Shown here: positions 26,072 to 35,277 of the stretch, one piece after another
How the letters are laid out: the number at the start of each line of letters is the position of its first letter
Numbering within the stretch: the stretch's first letter is position 1
Source of the DNA: Clostridia bacterium
Lineage (GTDB): Bacteria > Bacillota > Clostridia > Christensenellales > UBA1242
Assembly: GCA_045538455.1 (NCBI GenBank)
Contig: JAZSRL010000008.1
Span: 9,162 to 73,161 of the forward strand
Reading direction: 5' to 3'
DNA: 64,000 nucleotides
Notes under the pieces: model-generated
Database searches by the model: none
The model's input: only the letters and a program-made list of their open reading frames with translations
What the model was told of the DNA's origin: nothing
Translations under genes and position numbers: made by a program

Positions 26072-27454
26072 TTAGCGTAATTCTCCAACAGCGCGCGGAT
26101 GTAATTGTGTATCACGAATGTTAGTAATTCCGGTCATATACATCAACATGCGTTCAAAACCTAAACCATACCCACTGTGTGGTACCGTACCAAATTTACG
26201 CAAATCAAGATAACTATGGTAATTATCGATATTCATATTTCTAGCCTGCATTGCTGCGACTAATTTATCATAATCAGCTTCACGCTCACTACCACCGATA
26301 ATTTCGCCCACGCCAGGCACCAACAAATCAGTTGCCGCCACGGTTTTACCATCTTCATTCTGTTTCATGTAAAAAGCTTTAACATCACGCGGATAATTGA
26401 CAACAAATACTGGTGATTTAAAATATTCATCAGTTAAATACCGTTCGTGCTCGGTTTGTAAATCAACACCCCATGTTACCGGATAATTAAAAGTCTTACC
26501 AGATTTTTGTAAAATTTCAATAGCCTCGGTATAATCAATACGCACAAAATCATTATCTGCTACTTGTTGCAATTTATTTATCAAACCTTTTTCATAGAAA
26601 TTTTCAAAAAAAGCCATTTCGTCTGGACAAGTTGCTAAAACATCACGAATAATAAATTTAATCATGTCACGCACAACATCAATAATACCATCAATGTTAG
26701 TAAACGCAGCCTCGGCTTCAACCATCCAAAATTCAGCTGCGTGACGGGTGGTATTCGAATTTTCCGCACGGAATGTTGGACCGAATGTATAAACGCGCCC
26801 CAAAGCCATTGCCGCTTCTTCGGCTTCTAATTGACCAGAGACTGTTAAACTAGCAGGCGCACCAAAAAAGTGACCTTTGAAATCAGGTGCAACAACTTGG
26901 AAAGACTCACCAGCACCCTCAGCATCACCACCAGTAATTAAAGGTGTGTGAATATAAAAATAACCTCTCTTTTGAAAGAAGTTGTGAATTGCCATAGATA
27001 ACGCATTACGCACACGCATGACAGCCATAAAAGTGTTTGTACGCACGCGCAAATGCGGAATCGTACGCAAGAATTCCATACTGGTTTTCTTTTTTTGAAT
27101 TGGATAATCCGCAGCGCAATCACCAATAATTTTAATGACTTCCGCATTTATTTCAATATTATTCGGGTTATTAAAAGCAGTCACCACGACGCCACTCACT
27201 GTTACTGCAACACCAAGATGCATTGCACGGCTCAAAGTTTCCGCATCAATTTTGGCATTTGCCTCTTTTTCAATAACAATTTGCACTGGTTTAAAAGAAC
27301 TGCCATCATTAATTTCCAAAAATGTTGTTGTTTTTGATTCGCGGCAATTTTTTACCCAACCAGAAACTTGCACAGTTTTACCAATGTAATCATTTTTTTT
27401 CGTTTTTAAATCTTGTATTTTAACATCTACCATATAAAAATAATTGTAACTCAT
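26072..27454 (-). CDS. asnS: Asparagine--tRNA ligase
   Basis: 460 aa with TFGPTFRAENSNTTRHAAEFWMVE and GYGLGFERMLMY, which are class IIb AsnRS signatures. Confidence 0.9.
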   Translation of the reverse strand: MSYNYFYMVDVKIQDLKTKKNDYIGKTVQVSGWVKNCRESKTTTFLEINDGSSFKPVQIVIEKEANAKIDAETLSRAMHLGVAVTVSGVVVTAFNNPNNIEINAEVIKIIGDCAADYPIQKKKTSMEFLRTIPHLRVRTNTFMAVMRVRNALSMAIHNFFQKRGYFYIHTPLITGGDAEGAGESFQVVAPDFKGHFFGAPASLTVSGQLEAEEAAMALGRVYTFGPTFRAENSNTTRHAAEFWMVEAEAAFTNIDGIIDVVRDMIKFIIRDVLATCPDEMAFFENFYEKGLINKLQQVADNDFVRIDYTEAIEILQKSGKTFNYPVTWGVDLQTEHERYLTDEYFKSPVFVVNYPRDVKAFYMKQNEDGKTVAATDLLVPGVGEIIGGSEREADYDKLVAAMQARNMNIDNYHSYLDLRKFGTVPHSGYGLGFERMLMYMTGITNIRDTQLHPRAVGELR

Positions 27455-27464
27455 AATTTATGAT

Positions 27465-27493
27465 TTGACAAACCCCAATCTTTCGGTTATTAT
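27465..27493 (+). promoter_or_regulatory. Sigma-A-type promoter for tRNA-Asn
   Basis: TTGACA (27465-27470), a 17-bp spacer, then TATTAT (27488-27493), about 20 nt upstream of the tRNA. Confidence 0.6.
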
Positions 27494-27512
27494 AATAAGG
27501 TTAGCGTTACCT

Positions 27513-27587
27513 GCTCTGGTAGCTCAGCGGCAGAGCAATCGGCTGTTAACCGATCGGTCGTAGGTTCGAACCCTACCCAGAGCGCCA
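27513..27587 (+). tRNA. tRNA-Asn (anticodon GUU)
   Basis: GCTCTGGTAGCTCAGCGG...CGGCTGTTAACCG...GTAGGTTCGAACCCTACCCAGAGCGCCA. Confidence 0.92.
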
Positions 27588-27595
27588 ACAAAAAA

Positions 27596-27621
27596 GTGTC
27601 GCAATCCGCGGCACTTTTTTT
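27596..27621 (+). terminator. Rho-independent terminator after tRNA-Asn
   Basis: GTGTCGC-AATCC-GCGGCAC followed by T7. Confidence 0.7.
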
Positions 27622-27664
27622 ATTAGATTCTTTTTGATTTAATAACTGCTTCACGACTATACTT

Positions 27665-28186
27665 TTAATCTTTTAAATCTTCGTCATTGTCATCATCTAA
27701 ATCATCGTCTAGGTCTTCTTCATCGTCTTCAAAATCATCATCGTTATCGTCTTCTTCATCATCAAATTTCGCACTTAATAAATCATCGTCATCATCCATG
27801 TCATCGTCTGCCCCAATGCCAACAACATCTAACAATCCAAGATCATCGTCATCTACAGGTGTCAAATCGTCATCATCCATTGTATCATCATTGACATTTT
27901 CTTCGTCATCGTCTTCTTTATCAGACGGCTTATTTTCGCCGTAGATTTCCAAGATTTCTTCGTCACTTAAATCCGTTTCTGCATAGCAGGTTGAGCAGAC
28001 CGTTTCATCGTCCGTCACATAATTGATTTTACAAATTGGACACAATCCCAATTCTGTGACATTGCCTGCATCTAACAAATTATTTGAAATTGTTTTCATT
28101 TTTTGTTTGCAGCTGGCGCAAATTTTTTCTTTTTTCGTGCAATAATTTAAATCACACTTTGGACATTTAATGTATGTTTCTCCCAT
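27665..28186 (-). CDS. Zinc-ribbon protein with an extremely acidic C-terminal tail
   Basis: CPKCDL...CASCKQ and CPICKI...CSTC pairs, followed by roughly 100 aa of D/E-rich sequence. The ATG at 28186 (MGETYIKCPKC) is preferred. Confidence 0.55.
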   Translation of the reverse strand: MGETYIKCPKCDLNYCTKKEKICASCKQKMKTISNNLLDAGNVTELGLCPICKINYVTDDETVCSTCYAETDLSDEEILEIYGENKPSDKEDDDEENVNDDTMDDDDLTPVDDDDLGLLDVVGIGADDDMDDDDDLLSAKFDDEEDDNDDDFEDDEEDLDDDLDDDNDEDLKD

Positions 28187-28349
28187 AATAGTACATATAT
28201 ATATTCCCAAATAACAAAATGTCAACAACTATTAATTAATATTTTGTATAAAAATGTATAACGACTTTGGTTGCACTATTCGTACTTATTCGACAAAATG
28301 AGACTTGAACCGCCGAAAATCGACGGTAAAAATGGGGGATTATGTTTTT

Positions 28350-28862
28350 ATGAATGAAATGAATGGAATTACACAAGTCAAAACCGCGATTGCCACGCTT
28401 TCGCGCGAAGATTTACAAAAGGTTCTACTAACTATGGTGCAATCACATGAGTTGCAATCATCGACAGTAATTAATGAATTTTTCAAAGCGACAAAGGCAC
28501 AAGAATTGCCATCACTAGATCGCCAAATCTCAAAAATTTTTGTGTCGATTGGAATACCACCACACATCAAGGGGTACCAATACTTGCGTACGGCAATTAA
28601 GATATGTGTAAAAGACACGGGGATTATTTCATCTATTACCAAACGGCTCTACCCCGATGTAGCCAAAGAATATGACACAACACCGAGCAAGGTAGAACGC
28701 GCAATTCGTCATGCGATTGAGGTGTGCTGGAATCGTGGAAAAATTGACTGCATCAATAACATTTTTGGCAGCCAAGTTTTTACACGCAACGACAAACCAA
28801 CCAACGGCGAATTTATTGCACTATTAGCAGATAAGCTTTTGTTAGATGATTGTCACGAATAA
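28350..28862 (+). CDS. Spo0A C-terminal (DNA-binding) domain protein without a receiver domain
   Basis: GIPPHIKGYQYLRTAIKICV...ITKRLYPDVAKEYDTTPSKVERAIRHAIEVCWNRG matches the Spo0A effector domain. The N-terminal ~70 aa are not receiver-like. The start is uncertain (28305, 28332 or 28350). Confidence 0.75.
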   Translation: MNEMNGITQVKTAIATLSREDLQKVLLTMVQSHELQSSTVINEFFKATKAQELPSLDRQISKIFVSIGIPPHIKGYQYLRTAIKICVKDTGIISSITKRLYPDVAKEYDTTPSKVERAIRHAIEVCWNRGKIDCINNIFGSQVFTRNDKPTNGEFIALLADKLLLDDCHE

Positions 28863-30494
28863 TTACAAATCAAATTCACTTTGTTTGGGTAAACGATTTA
28901 CAACCGCAGCAATAAATCCTTGAAACAAAGGATGTGGGCGTTGTGGACGCGAAATAAATTCTGGATGGAATTGACAACCAACAAAGAATGGATGTTGTGG
29001 TAACTCAATAATTTCAACCAAGTTAGATTGCGAATTTACACCACTAACTACCAAACCAGCTTTTTCGATTTCGGCACGATAAGCATTATTAAATTCATAA
29101 GAATGACGATGTCGTTCATTGACAGTATTTTGCTTGTATAATTTAGCAGCAACAGTACCTGCTTTAATTTGGCAATCATATAAGCCCATACGACGCGCGT
29201 CGCCTTTCTTGGTTAAGAAATCTTTTGGATATTCTGCCAAATGAATAACTGGATGTTTCGTTTTTTTGGTAAACTCTTGACTATTGGCATCTTTTAATTC
29301 ACAAACATGACGCGCAAAATCAATTACTGCGGCTTGCATGCCTAAACCAGTCCCCAAGAAAGGAATTTTGTTAATGCGCGCATATTCAGCTGTTGCGATT
29401 TTACCTTCAACACCGCGACTACCAAAGCCACCCGGAACGATAATTCCATGGACATCTTTTAGCCATGCTGCTGCGCCGTCATGTTCAATATTTTCTGCTT
29501 GTACTAATTTAACATTAATACGCACATCATTAACAATACCAGCATGTTTTAAAGCTTCGGTAACACTAATATAAGCATCAGCAACTTCAACATATTTACC
29601 AACAATTGCAATAGTTGCTTCTGGTAATTTGTCATCGCATAGTTTTTCAACAATGCGTGTCCAATCCGCCAAGTTACATTTATTTAATTTCAAATTTAAT
29701 TTTTTTAAAACAATAGTATCAAAGTTTTGTTTTGCAAACATCAATGGGACTTCGTAAATAGTACGACAGTCACGATTGTGAATAACATCTTCTTGATTAT
29801 TTAAACCACAGAACATCGCAATTTTGTCACGATGCTCTTGTGCCAAATCTACATCGGCGGTTGTACGACAAACCAAGACATCAGCAAAGACACCCAATCG
29901 TTGTAAATCTTTGACACTGTTTTGAGTTGGCTTCGTTTTAATTTCACCACTCGAAGCAATGTACGGAATTAATGTTACATGAACGGAAACACTGTTGTTC
30001 GCACCCAATTCATGTCGGAATTGACGAATTGCCTCAATGAATACTGCTTGTTCCATATCACCAACAGTACCACCGATCTCAATAATAACGATATCTTGCC
30101 CTTCTCCTACGGCACGCATAAAATCTTTAATTTCATTAGTTACATGTGGCACAATTTGCACAGTATGACCAGCATAATCACCACGGCGTTCCTTAGACAA
30201 AATACTGGAATAAATTTGCCCAGAAGTAATATCCGATTTATAGTTGCAATTAATATCTAAAAAGCGTTCATAGTGTCCGATATCCAAGTCAGTTTCTGCG
30301 CCATCGTCAGTCACAAAAACTTCACCGTGTTCGTATGGACTCATTTGACCTGGGTCGATATTCAAATATGGGTCAATCTTTTGGACCGCTACTTTATAAC
30401 CTCTTAATCTTAATAATTTTCCTAAACTTGCTGCGGTTATTCCCTTCCCTAAACCAGAAACAACACCGCCCGTTACAAAAATATATTTCGCCAT
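28863..30494 (-). CDS. pyrG: CTP synthase
   Basis: MAKYIFVTGGVVSGLGKGI N-terminus and a C-terminal glutamine amidotransferase domain (GTGLGMQ, FHPEF). Confidence 0.95.
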   Translation of the reverse strand: MAKYIFVTGGVVSGLGKGITAASLGKLLRLRGYKVAVQKIDPYLNIDPGQMSPYEHGEVFVTDDGAETDLDIGHYERFLDINCNYKSDITSGQIYSSILSKERRGDYAGHTVQIVPHVTNEIKDFMRAVGEGQDIVIIEIGGTVGDMEQAVFIEAIRQFRHELGANNSVSVHVTLIPYIASSGEIKTKPTQNSVKDLQRLGVFADVLVCRTTADVDLAQEHRDKIAMFCGLNNQEDVIHNRDCRTIYEVPLMFAKQNFDTIVLKKLNLKLNKCNLADWTRIVEKLCDDKLPEATIAIVGKYVEVADAYISVTEALKHAGIVNDVRINVKLVQAENIEHDGAAAWLKDVHGIIVPGGFGSRGVEGKIATAEYARINKIPFLGTGLGMQAAVIDFARHVCELKDANSQEFTKKTKHPVIHLAEYPKDFLTKKGDARRMGLYDCQIKAGTVAAKLYKQNTVNERHRHSYEFNNAYRAEIEKAGLVVSGVNSQSNLVEIIELPQHPFFVGCQFHPEFISRPQRPHPLFQGFIAAVVNRLPKQSEFDL

Positions 30495-30564
30495 AACGGA
30501 ATTCAGTATAACTCAGATTTTGTCGAAATGTCAAAGTCTTTTTAAATTCGCCGCTTTAATATGC

Positions 30565-32055
30565 ATGAATATGAACAAAAAATTAAATCGTAAAATTATT
30601 GCTATTGTACTTGCCTCAGTCTTTACTTTGGCAATTATCTTCACCGCTTTTGGAGTAAGTCAAATCCTTAAACGCAAAAATAATGTACCACAAGGATTAC
30701 AAGCAATGGCGCAGAACTACGGAACCATTAAACTTGATTGTAACTACAATGAAAATAATCACACCCTAGGCGTGAATCAAACAACACAGTACATCAATCG
30801 TAATCGTCAAACACTCTATGAAGTAAAGTTTCATTTATACGCTAATGCTTTTCAGGAAAAAGCCGAATACCCCGCAGTTGCACCCAGTGAGATTGAACGC
30901 GCATATCCCAATGGCTTTAATCTAGGATTCGCCAAGGTTACTACCCCGCACATACTTTTAGGTGGTAGTGATAATACGGTGATTACCGTACCCTTCAAAC
31001 AAGGCATCAAACCCGGTGAAAAAGTTAATATTGATTTGGAATATACAATTCATCTTGCCAATGTAAAGCATCGCTTGGGATATACAGATAACGCTGTCAA
31101 TTTAGGTAATTTCTATGCGATTCCTATCGTCTACGAAAATGGTTGGCAAATCTACCCTTACAGCTACAATGGCGACCCGTTCTATAATGAGCTATATAAT
31201 TTTGATGTTACAATTGATGTACCAAGCGGATACTATATTGCGGCCAGCGGTTCAAAGGTTGCAGCAAATCATTATCAAGGCGTGATGCTACGCGACTTTG
31301 CTATGGTCCTTTCGCGCGACTTTAAAACTTTGTCACGCAATGTCGGAAATACCACAGTAACATACTATTATCTAAACGATGAAATTCCAGATGTCAGTCT
31401 CTACACAGCTTGCAATGCTTTGGCCTATTTTTCTAACACCTTCATTGATTATCCATACGACAATTTAGCAGTTGTACAAACCGACTTCTTGCAAGGTGGT
31501 ATGGAGTACGGGGCTTTAGTTTATATCGGTTTAGATATTACCGACCAATTACAATATCAAACGGTTATCGTTCACGAAATAGCTCACCAATGGTGGTACG
31601 GCTTAGTTGGCAATAACCAAACGAAAACAGCATGGATTGACGAAGGATTGGCAGAATATTCCACAGCAGTATTCTTTGAAACACACCCGCAATATGGAAA
31701 AACTTTGGCCAGCATTGCTGCAGATAACCAAACAAGTATCCGCATGTTTGAAAGCATCATGGATCAATACCAAGTAAAGTACACTCGTGAAATGTACAAT
31801 GATTTAATTGCTTACAAAATGCCAACCGAATATGTAATTAACACATATGCACGCGGAATGTTATTGTTTTATGCTATTACCGAAAAAATCGGCTATGAAA
31901 ATTTAAATGCTACATTAGCTAAATTCGCAGCCAAAAATTGTTTTGGTTTTGCAACAAAAAACGACCTAATTCAGACCCTAGAAGACAATTTAGGCTATGA
32001 TTTAGTCAATTTTATTAACAATTATCTTGCGGGGAAACAAGACACCGTGCTATAA
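30565..32055 (+). CDS. M1 family metallopeptidase (membrane-anchored)
   Basis: HEIAHQWWYG...WIDEGLAEY (HExxH-18-E), with an N-terminal TM helix IIAIVLASVFTLAIIF. Confidence 0.8.
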   Translation: MNMNKKLNRKIIAIVLASVFTLAIIFTAFGVSQILKRKNNVPQGLQAMAQNYGTIKLDCNYNENNHTLGVNQTTQYINRNRQTLYEVKFHLYANAFQEKAEYPAVAPSEIERAYPNGFNLGFAKVTTPHILLGGSDNTVITVPFKQGIKPGEKVNIDLEYTIHLANVKHRLGYTDNAVNLGNFYAIPIVYENGWQIYPYSYNGDPFYNELYNFDVTIDVPSGYYIAASGSKVAANHYQGVMLRDFAMVLSRDFKTLSRNVGNTTVTYYYLNDEIPDVSLYTACNALAYFSNTFIDYPYDNLAVVQTDFLQGGMEYGALVYIGLDITDQLQYQTVIVHEIAHQWWYGLVGNNQTKTAWIDEGLAEYSTAVFFETHPQYGKTLASIAADNQTSIRMFESIMDQYQVKYTREMYNDLIAYKMPTEYVINTYARGMLLFYAITEKIGYENLNATLAKFAAKNCFGFATKNDLIQTLEDNLGYDLVNFINNYLAGKQDTVL

Positions 32056-32062
32056 TCATTTA

Positions 32063-33337
32063 ATGAATTTAAAAACTTTTGACAAAGGCACACGCCTCTT
32101 AAAACAAACGGATTTAGTAATTAACGGACAATCTTTGCAAGGAAACACAAATGCAACTGTTATTGGAATTTTGGATTGCACGCATAACAGTAATCCTGCA
32201 ATCATGCAAAATTTAATTTGCGGGATTCGTCAAGCCGGTGGCATGGCGTTGACTTTCAACTTAACTAATTATAATAGTTTGCAGCGCATGGCTCCCGCAA
32301 CAGCAAAATACGCTAGCGATTATGTAAAAGTTGTTGCTTCTAATGTAGCAGGTATTGTACGCACACAGATGCTAGATGGTATTGTTGCCATAATTGATAA
32401 CTGTGTTATGGGGCTTGGTGTTTTGGTTGGTTGTACTAACACCAATTGTCCGGTGATTTTAATGCCAACAGGCATCGCAAATAATTATGACACTAGCATT
32501 TTGGCGGCAGCAGGCAAAATCGCAACTCGTGAAATTAAAGCTGGTGATGTTGACCAAGTTGTTAATCAATATGTTCACCAACATGGAACTCCTAGTCATG
32601 ACACTTTGACTGGTGATTTTTATCGCCTCGCTGAAGCTTTTGAATTAATGTTACCAGGTACAACCACAGCTCTGGCAAATTCCGGCACCATTATTGATTT
32701 GGCTAACCAATCCGCAACAGCGATTATGCAACGCGCAGATGATATCATCACAACAAAACGCTTAATAAGTAAACGCACCATGAAAGAAAAACTGGAAGTT
32801 TACCAAAACAATGGCGGCAGCGTAGCTGGTATATTCTTGTTTAGTAAAATTTTTGATTTAGTCGATTTAAAAATTGATTTAAGCAATTATCCAGCTTTAA
32901 AAACAACATTGGCCGACCAAGCTTATGTTGTTTCGGCAAGTACTGCCCCATTAACTATGGAAGGTCAAGCTTGGGTTTATCATACACCAGTTGATGCCAT
33001 GACAGCTTTATGTTCTAACGCGATTGATAATGGTATTATTGTTTTACAAAATTGCACAGGTACTGATGTATCAATTGTGGCACACACGATTCAAGCAATG
33101 CAAAAAAACGATGCAATTGCTTTAATGACCGATGGTTTCTGTTGTGCTACCCCTGTTTTAACTATTGCGCACATTACACCTGATGCTTACGCAAACCAAG
33201 ATTTTGCCAACATTCAAAATGGTGACACCATCGAAATCGATGTTACCAAAGGTCGCATCAATATTAATGTTAACAGTCGTGACATGAAAGTTCGTGCTAA
33301 ACGAAACATTGCAAAAAAACATGAAATCTATTTCTAA
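32063..33337 (+). CDS. IlvD/Edd (dihydroxy-acid dehydratase) family-like protein, short and divergent
   Basis: Collinear similarity to IlvD around AIIDNCVMGLGVLVGCTNTNCPVILMPTG, where IlvD has ISNCDKITPGML...IPVIFVSGG. The ATG is at 32063. Confidence 0.5.
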   Translation: MNLKTFDKGTRLLKQTDLVINGQSLQGNTNATVIGILDCTHNSNPAIMQNLICGIRQAGGMALTFNLTNYNSLQRMAPATAKYASDYVKVVASNVAGIVRTQMLDGIVAIIDNCVMGLGVLVGCTNTNCPVILMPTGIANNYDTSILAAAGKIATREIKAGDVDQVVNQYVHQHGTPSHDTLTGDFYRLAEAFELMLPGTTTALANSGTIIDLANQSATAIMQRADDIITTKRLISKRTMKEKLEVYQNNGGSVAGIFLFSKIFDLVDLKIDLSNYPALKTTLADQAYVVSASTAPLTMEGQAWVYHTPVDAMTALCSNAIDNGIIVLQNCTGTDVSIVAHTIQAMQKNDAIALMTDGFCCATPVLTIAHITPDAYANQDFANIQNGDTIEIDVTKGRININVNSRDMKVRAKRNIAKKHEIYF

Positions 33338-34052
33338 AAATAAACATTTATGGCCGGCGTTTATTCGCGCAGTTGACCAGTATCACCTGATTGAAGAAGG
33401 TGACAAGATTGCTGTTTGTGTTTCCGGAGGCAAGGACAGCTTTGCATTAGCACTCTGTATGCAGGAACTATGTCGTCAAAGTCGTTTAGCCAAACGCCAA
33501 AACTTTGATGTCATTTTTCTCTGCATGGACCCTGGTTATACAAACCAAGACCGAGCAACTATTGAACAAACAGCGAATGATTTAGGCATCCCATTAGAAT
33601 TTTTTCAAGCGCCCATCTTCGAAGTGGTCACACAAGCCGGCGGTACCCCATGTTATCTTTGCGCTCGCATGCGCCGCGGTAACTTATACGCTGCCGCCCA
33701 AGAACGCGGTTGCAACAAGATTGCATTAGCACACCATATGGACGACATAGCCGAAACTATTATGATGAATTTGATGCAAAATGCACAGGTTAAAACTATG
33801 CCAGTAAAAGTTGCCAGCAAGAATTTCGCCGGCATGACACTAATTCGCCCTTTCTGCTTAGAACGCGAACGCGATATAGAAAATTGGCGTGATGCAAATG
33901 GTTTAAATTTTATTCATTGTGGTTGTCCCTTGGGACAATGTGATAAAATTGGCAAACGCCAAGAAACAAAAGAACTTTTGAAGCAAATTGAGCAAAACAA
34001 TCCCGTAGCTGTATTAAATATTTTCAAAGCATTAGACCGCTTAAATAGTTAA
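33321..34052 (+). CDS. PP-loop ATPase, TtcA-like tRNA 2-thiocytidine biosynthesis family
   Basis: VCVSGGKDS PP-loop, plus CYLCARMRRG and HCGCPLGQC cysteine motifs. Confidence 0.75.
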   Translation: MKSISKNKHLWPAFIRAVDQYHLIEEGDKIAVCVSGGKDSFALALCMQELCRQSRLAKRQNFDVIFLCMDPGYTNQDRATIEQTANDLGIPLEFFQAPIFEVVTQAGGTPCYLCARMRRGNLYAAAQERGCNKIALAHHMDDIAETIMMNLMQNAQVKTMPVKVASKNFAGMTLIRPFCLERERDIENWRDANGLNFIHCGCPLGQCDKIGKRQETKELLKQIEQNNPVAVLNIFKALDRLNS

Positions 34053-34103
34053 TTAACTCATCATGAAAATATGGTATAATCATAATATTACAAAGGAGAC
34101 ATC

Positions 34104-34826
34104 ATGGCAGTTTTAGAAACTAAACACACGCGCGCGCGAATTAATGTCATTAAAAATGACCTACTGAAAGCAGTACTCGTCTTTAACTATATCAGCATGT
34201 TTGCATTTATCGCCTACTATGTGTATTTGATTATTCAAAATATACACAATCCCTTGTATATAGTTATTTATTCACTTTTAATTGTTACAATAGCAGTTTT
34301 GTTTTTTATTGAAATTTTTATACAAGAGAATAAAAAATTACTGCGTAACGAAAAACGACAATCCACAGAAAAGAAACGCAAGTATAAATTTATTACCAAA
34401 GTTTTTAAGTTTGTAGCTAATTTTACACTCATTGGCGTTGCTATGTATGAAACCTTGTCCAACTTTAACATTACCCTTTCCAATTTAATTAACATATTGT
34501 CATTCGTACTCTTAATCGTACAAATTATTTTTGAATTTGTAATTCATAATATTATCAAACAAATTGATTACTTGCGTTTATCGATCGAATTGGATATCGA
34601 AGATAGCGGCATATTCAAATCCATTTTGTCTTTCATGTTTAAAGAAAAACGAATGGAAGAAAAAGCTATCTTGGCACAAGGCGGCAGTTTACATACCCAA
34701 ATAGAAGAAAAAATGATTAACGAAATTAAAGAAGACGCTAAAACATTTGAAGAAAAAGACAAAATAAGAAAAGACCAAATCAAAAACATTTGGAAAACTT
34801 CAAGAAAAAAGAAAAAAGAGCATTAA
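34104..34826 (+). CDS. Membrane protein, function unknown (240 aa)
   Basis: Several hydrophobic helices followed by a lysine-rich C-terminus. An AAGGAGA RBS precedes the ATG. Confidence 0.55.
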   Translation: MAVLETKHTRARINVIKNDLLKAVLVFNYISMFAFIAYYVYLIIQNIHNPLYIVIYSLLIVTIAVLFFIEIFIQENKKLLRNEKRQSTEKKRKYKFITKVFKFVANFTLIGVAMYETLSNFNITLSNLINILSFVLLIVQIIFEFVIHNIIKQIDYLRLSIELDIEDSGIFKSILSFMFKEKRMEEKAILAQGGSLHTQIEEKMINEIKEDAKTFEEKDKIRKDQIKNIWKTSRKKKKEH

Positions 34827-34854
34827 CAGCGGAAAAGGAAATTTCAATTTATAA

Positions 34855-34883
34855 TTTACAAATATAAACAACTGTGTTATAAT
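34855..34883 (+). promoter_or_regulatory. Promoter for tRNA-Thr
   Basis: TTTACA (34855-34860), a 17-bp spacer including TG (34875-34876), then TATAAT (34878-34883). Confidence 0.6.
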
Positions 34884-34899
34884 ATTTAACAGTTGACCT

Positions 34900-34975
34900 G
34901 CTGTTGTAGCACAGTCGGTAGTGCACCGCCTTGGTAAGGCGGAGGTCGACGGTTCAAGTCCGTTCAACAGCTCCA
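34900..34975 (+). tRNA. tRNA-Thr (anticodon GGU)
   Basis: GCTGTTGTAGCACAGTCGGTAGTGCACCGCCTTGGTAAGGCGGAGGTCGACGGTTCAAGTCCGTTCAACAGCTCCA. Confidence 0.92.
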
Positions 34976-35046
34976 TAATTAAAAAAAATCTAAAAATTAA
35001 GAAAACTGCGTAAAATTGCTTGCGTCTTTATTGCGTGCGGTTTATA

Positions 35047-35268
35047 ATGACGCGTATGGCACAAAGAGCTTATTTTGGACTTGGCTTCATTCCGTCCTTG
35101 TTAATCGCATTTTTACCAATCTTAGGTTGTATATTTGGTATCATTATTTGCTTTCAAAGAGAACAATATTGGTTTGGCGTTTTACGCATTTTCTTTGGTT
35201 GGAATATTCTATGGATTGTTGACATCATCAGTATGTGCGTTCATAAAGATTTAGTTTGGTTAGCTTAA
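35047..35268 (+). CDS. Small membrane protein (~73 aa)
   Basis: Two predicted TM helices (FGLGFIPSLLIAFLPILGCIFGIIICF and LRIFFGWNILWIVDIISM). The competing ORF 35016..35222 in another frame is less protein-like. Confidence 0.4.
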   Translation: MTRMAQRAYFGLGFIPSLLIAFLPILGCIFGIIICFQREQYWFGVLRIFFGWNILWIVDIISMCVHKDLVWLA

Positions 35269-35277
35269 TCTCGTAAA

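Noticed and set aside
27455-27512. T-box or other riboswitch leaders upstream of asnS/aspS and valS (49987..49998).
   Set aside because: The intergenic spaces are far too short, at about 58 nt and 12 nt. The 58-nt gap is occupied by the divergent tRNA-Asn promoter.
27687-27944. 85-aa poly-Ser (+) ORF.
   Set aside because: It is antisense to the polyacidic tail of the Zn-ribbon protein, the same codon-shadow effect.
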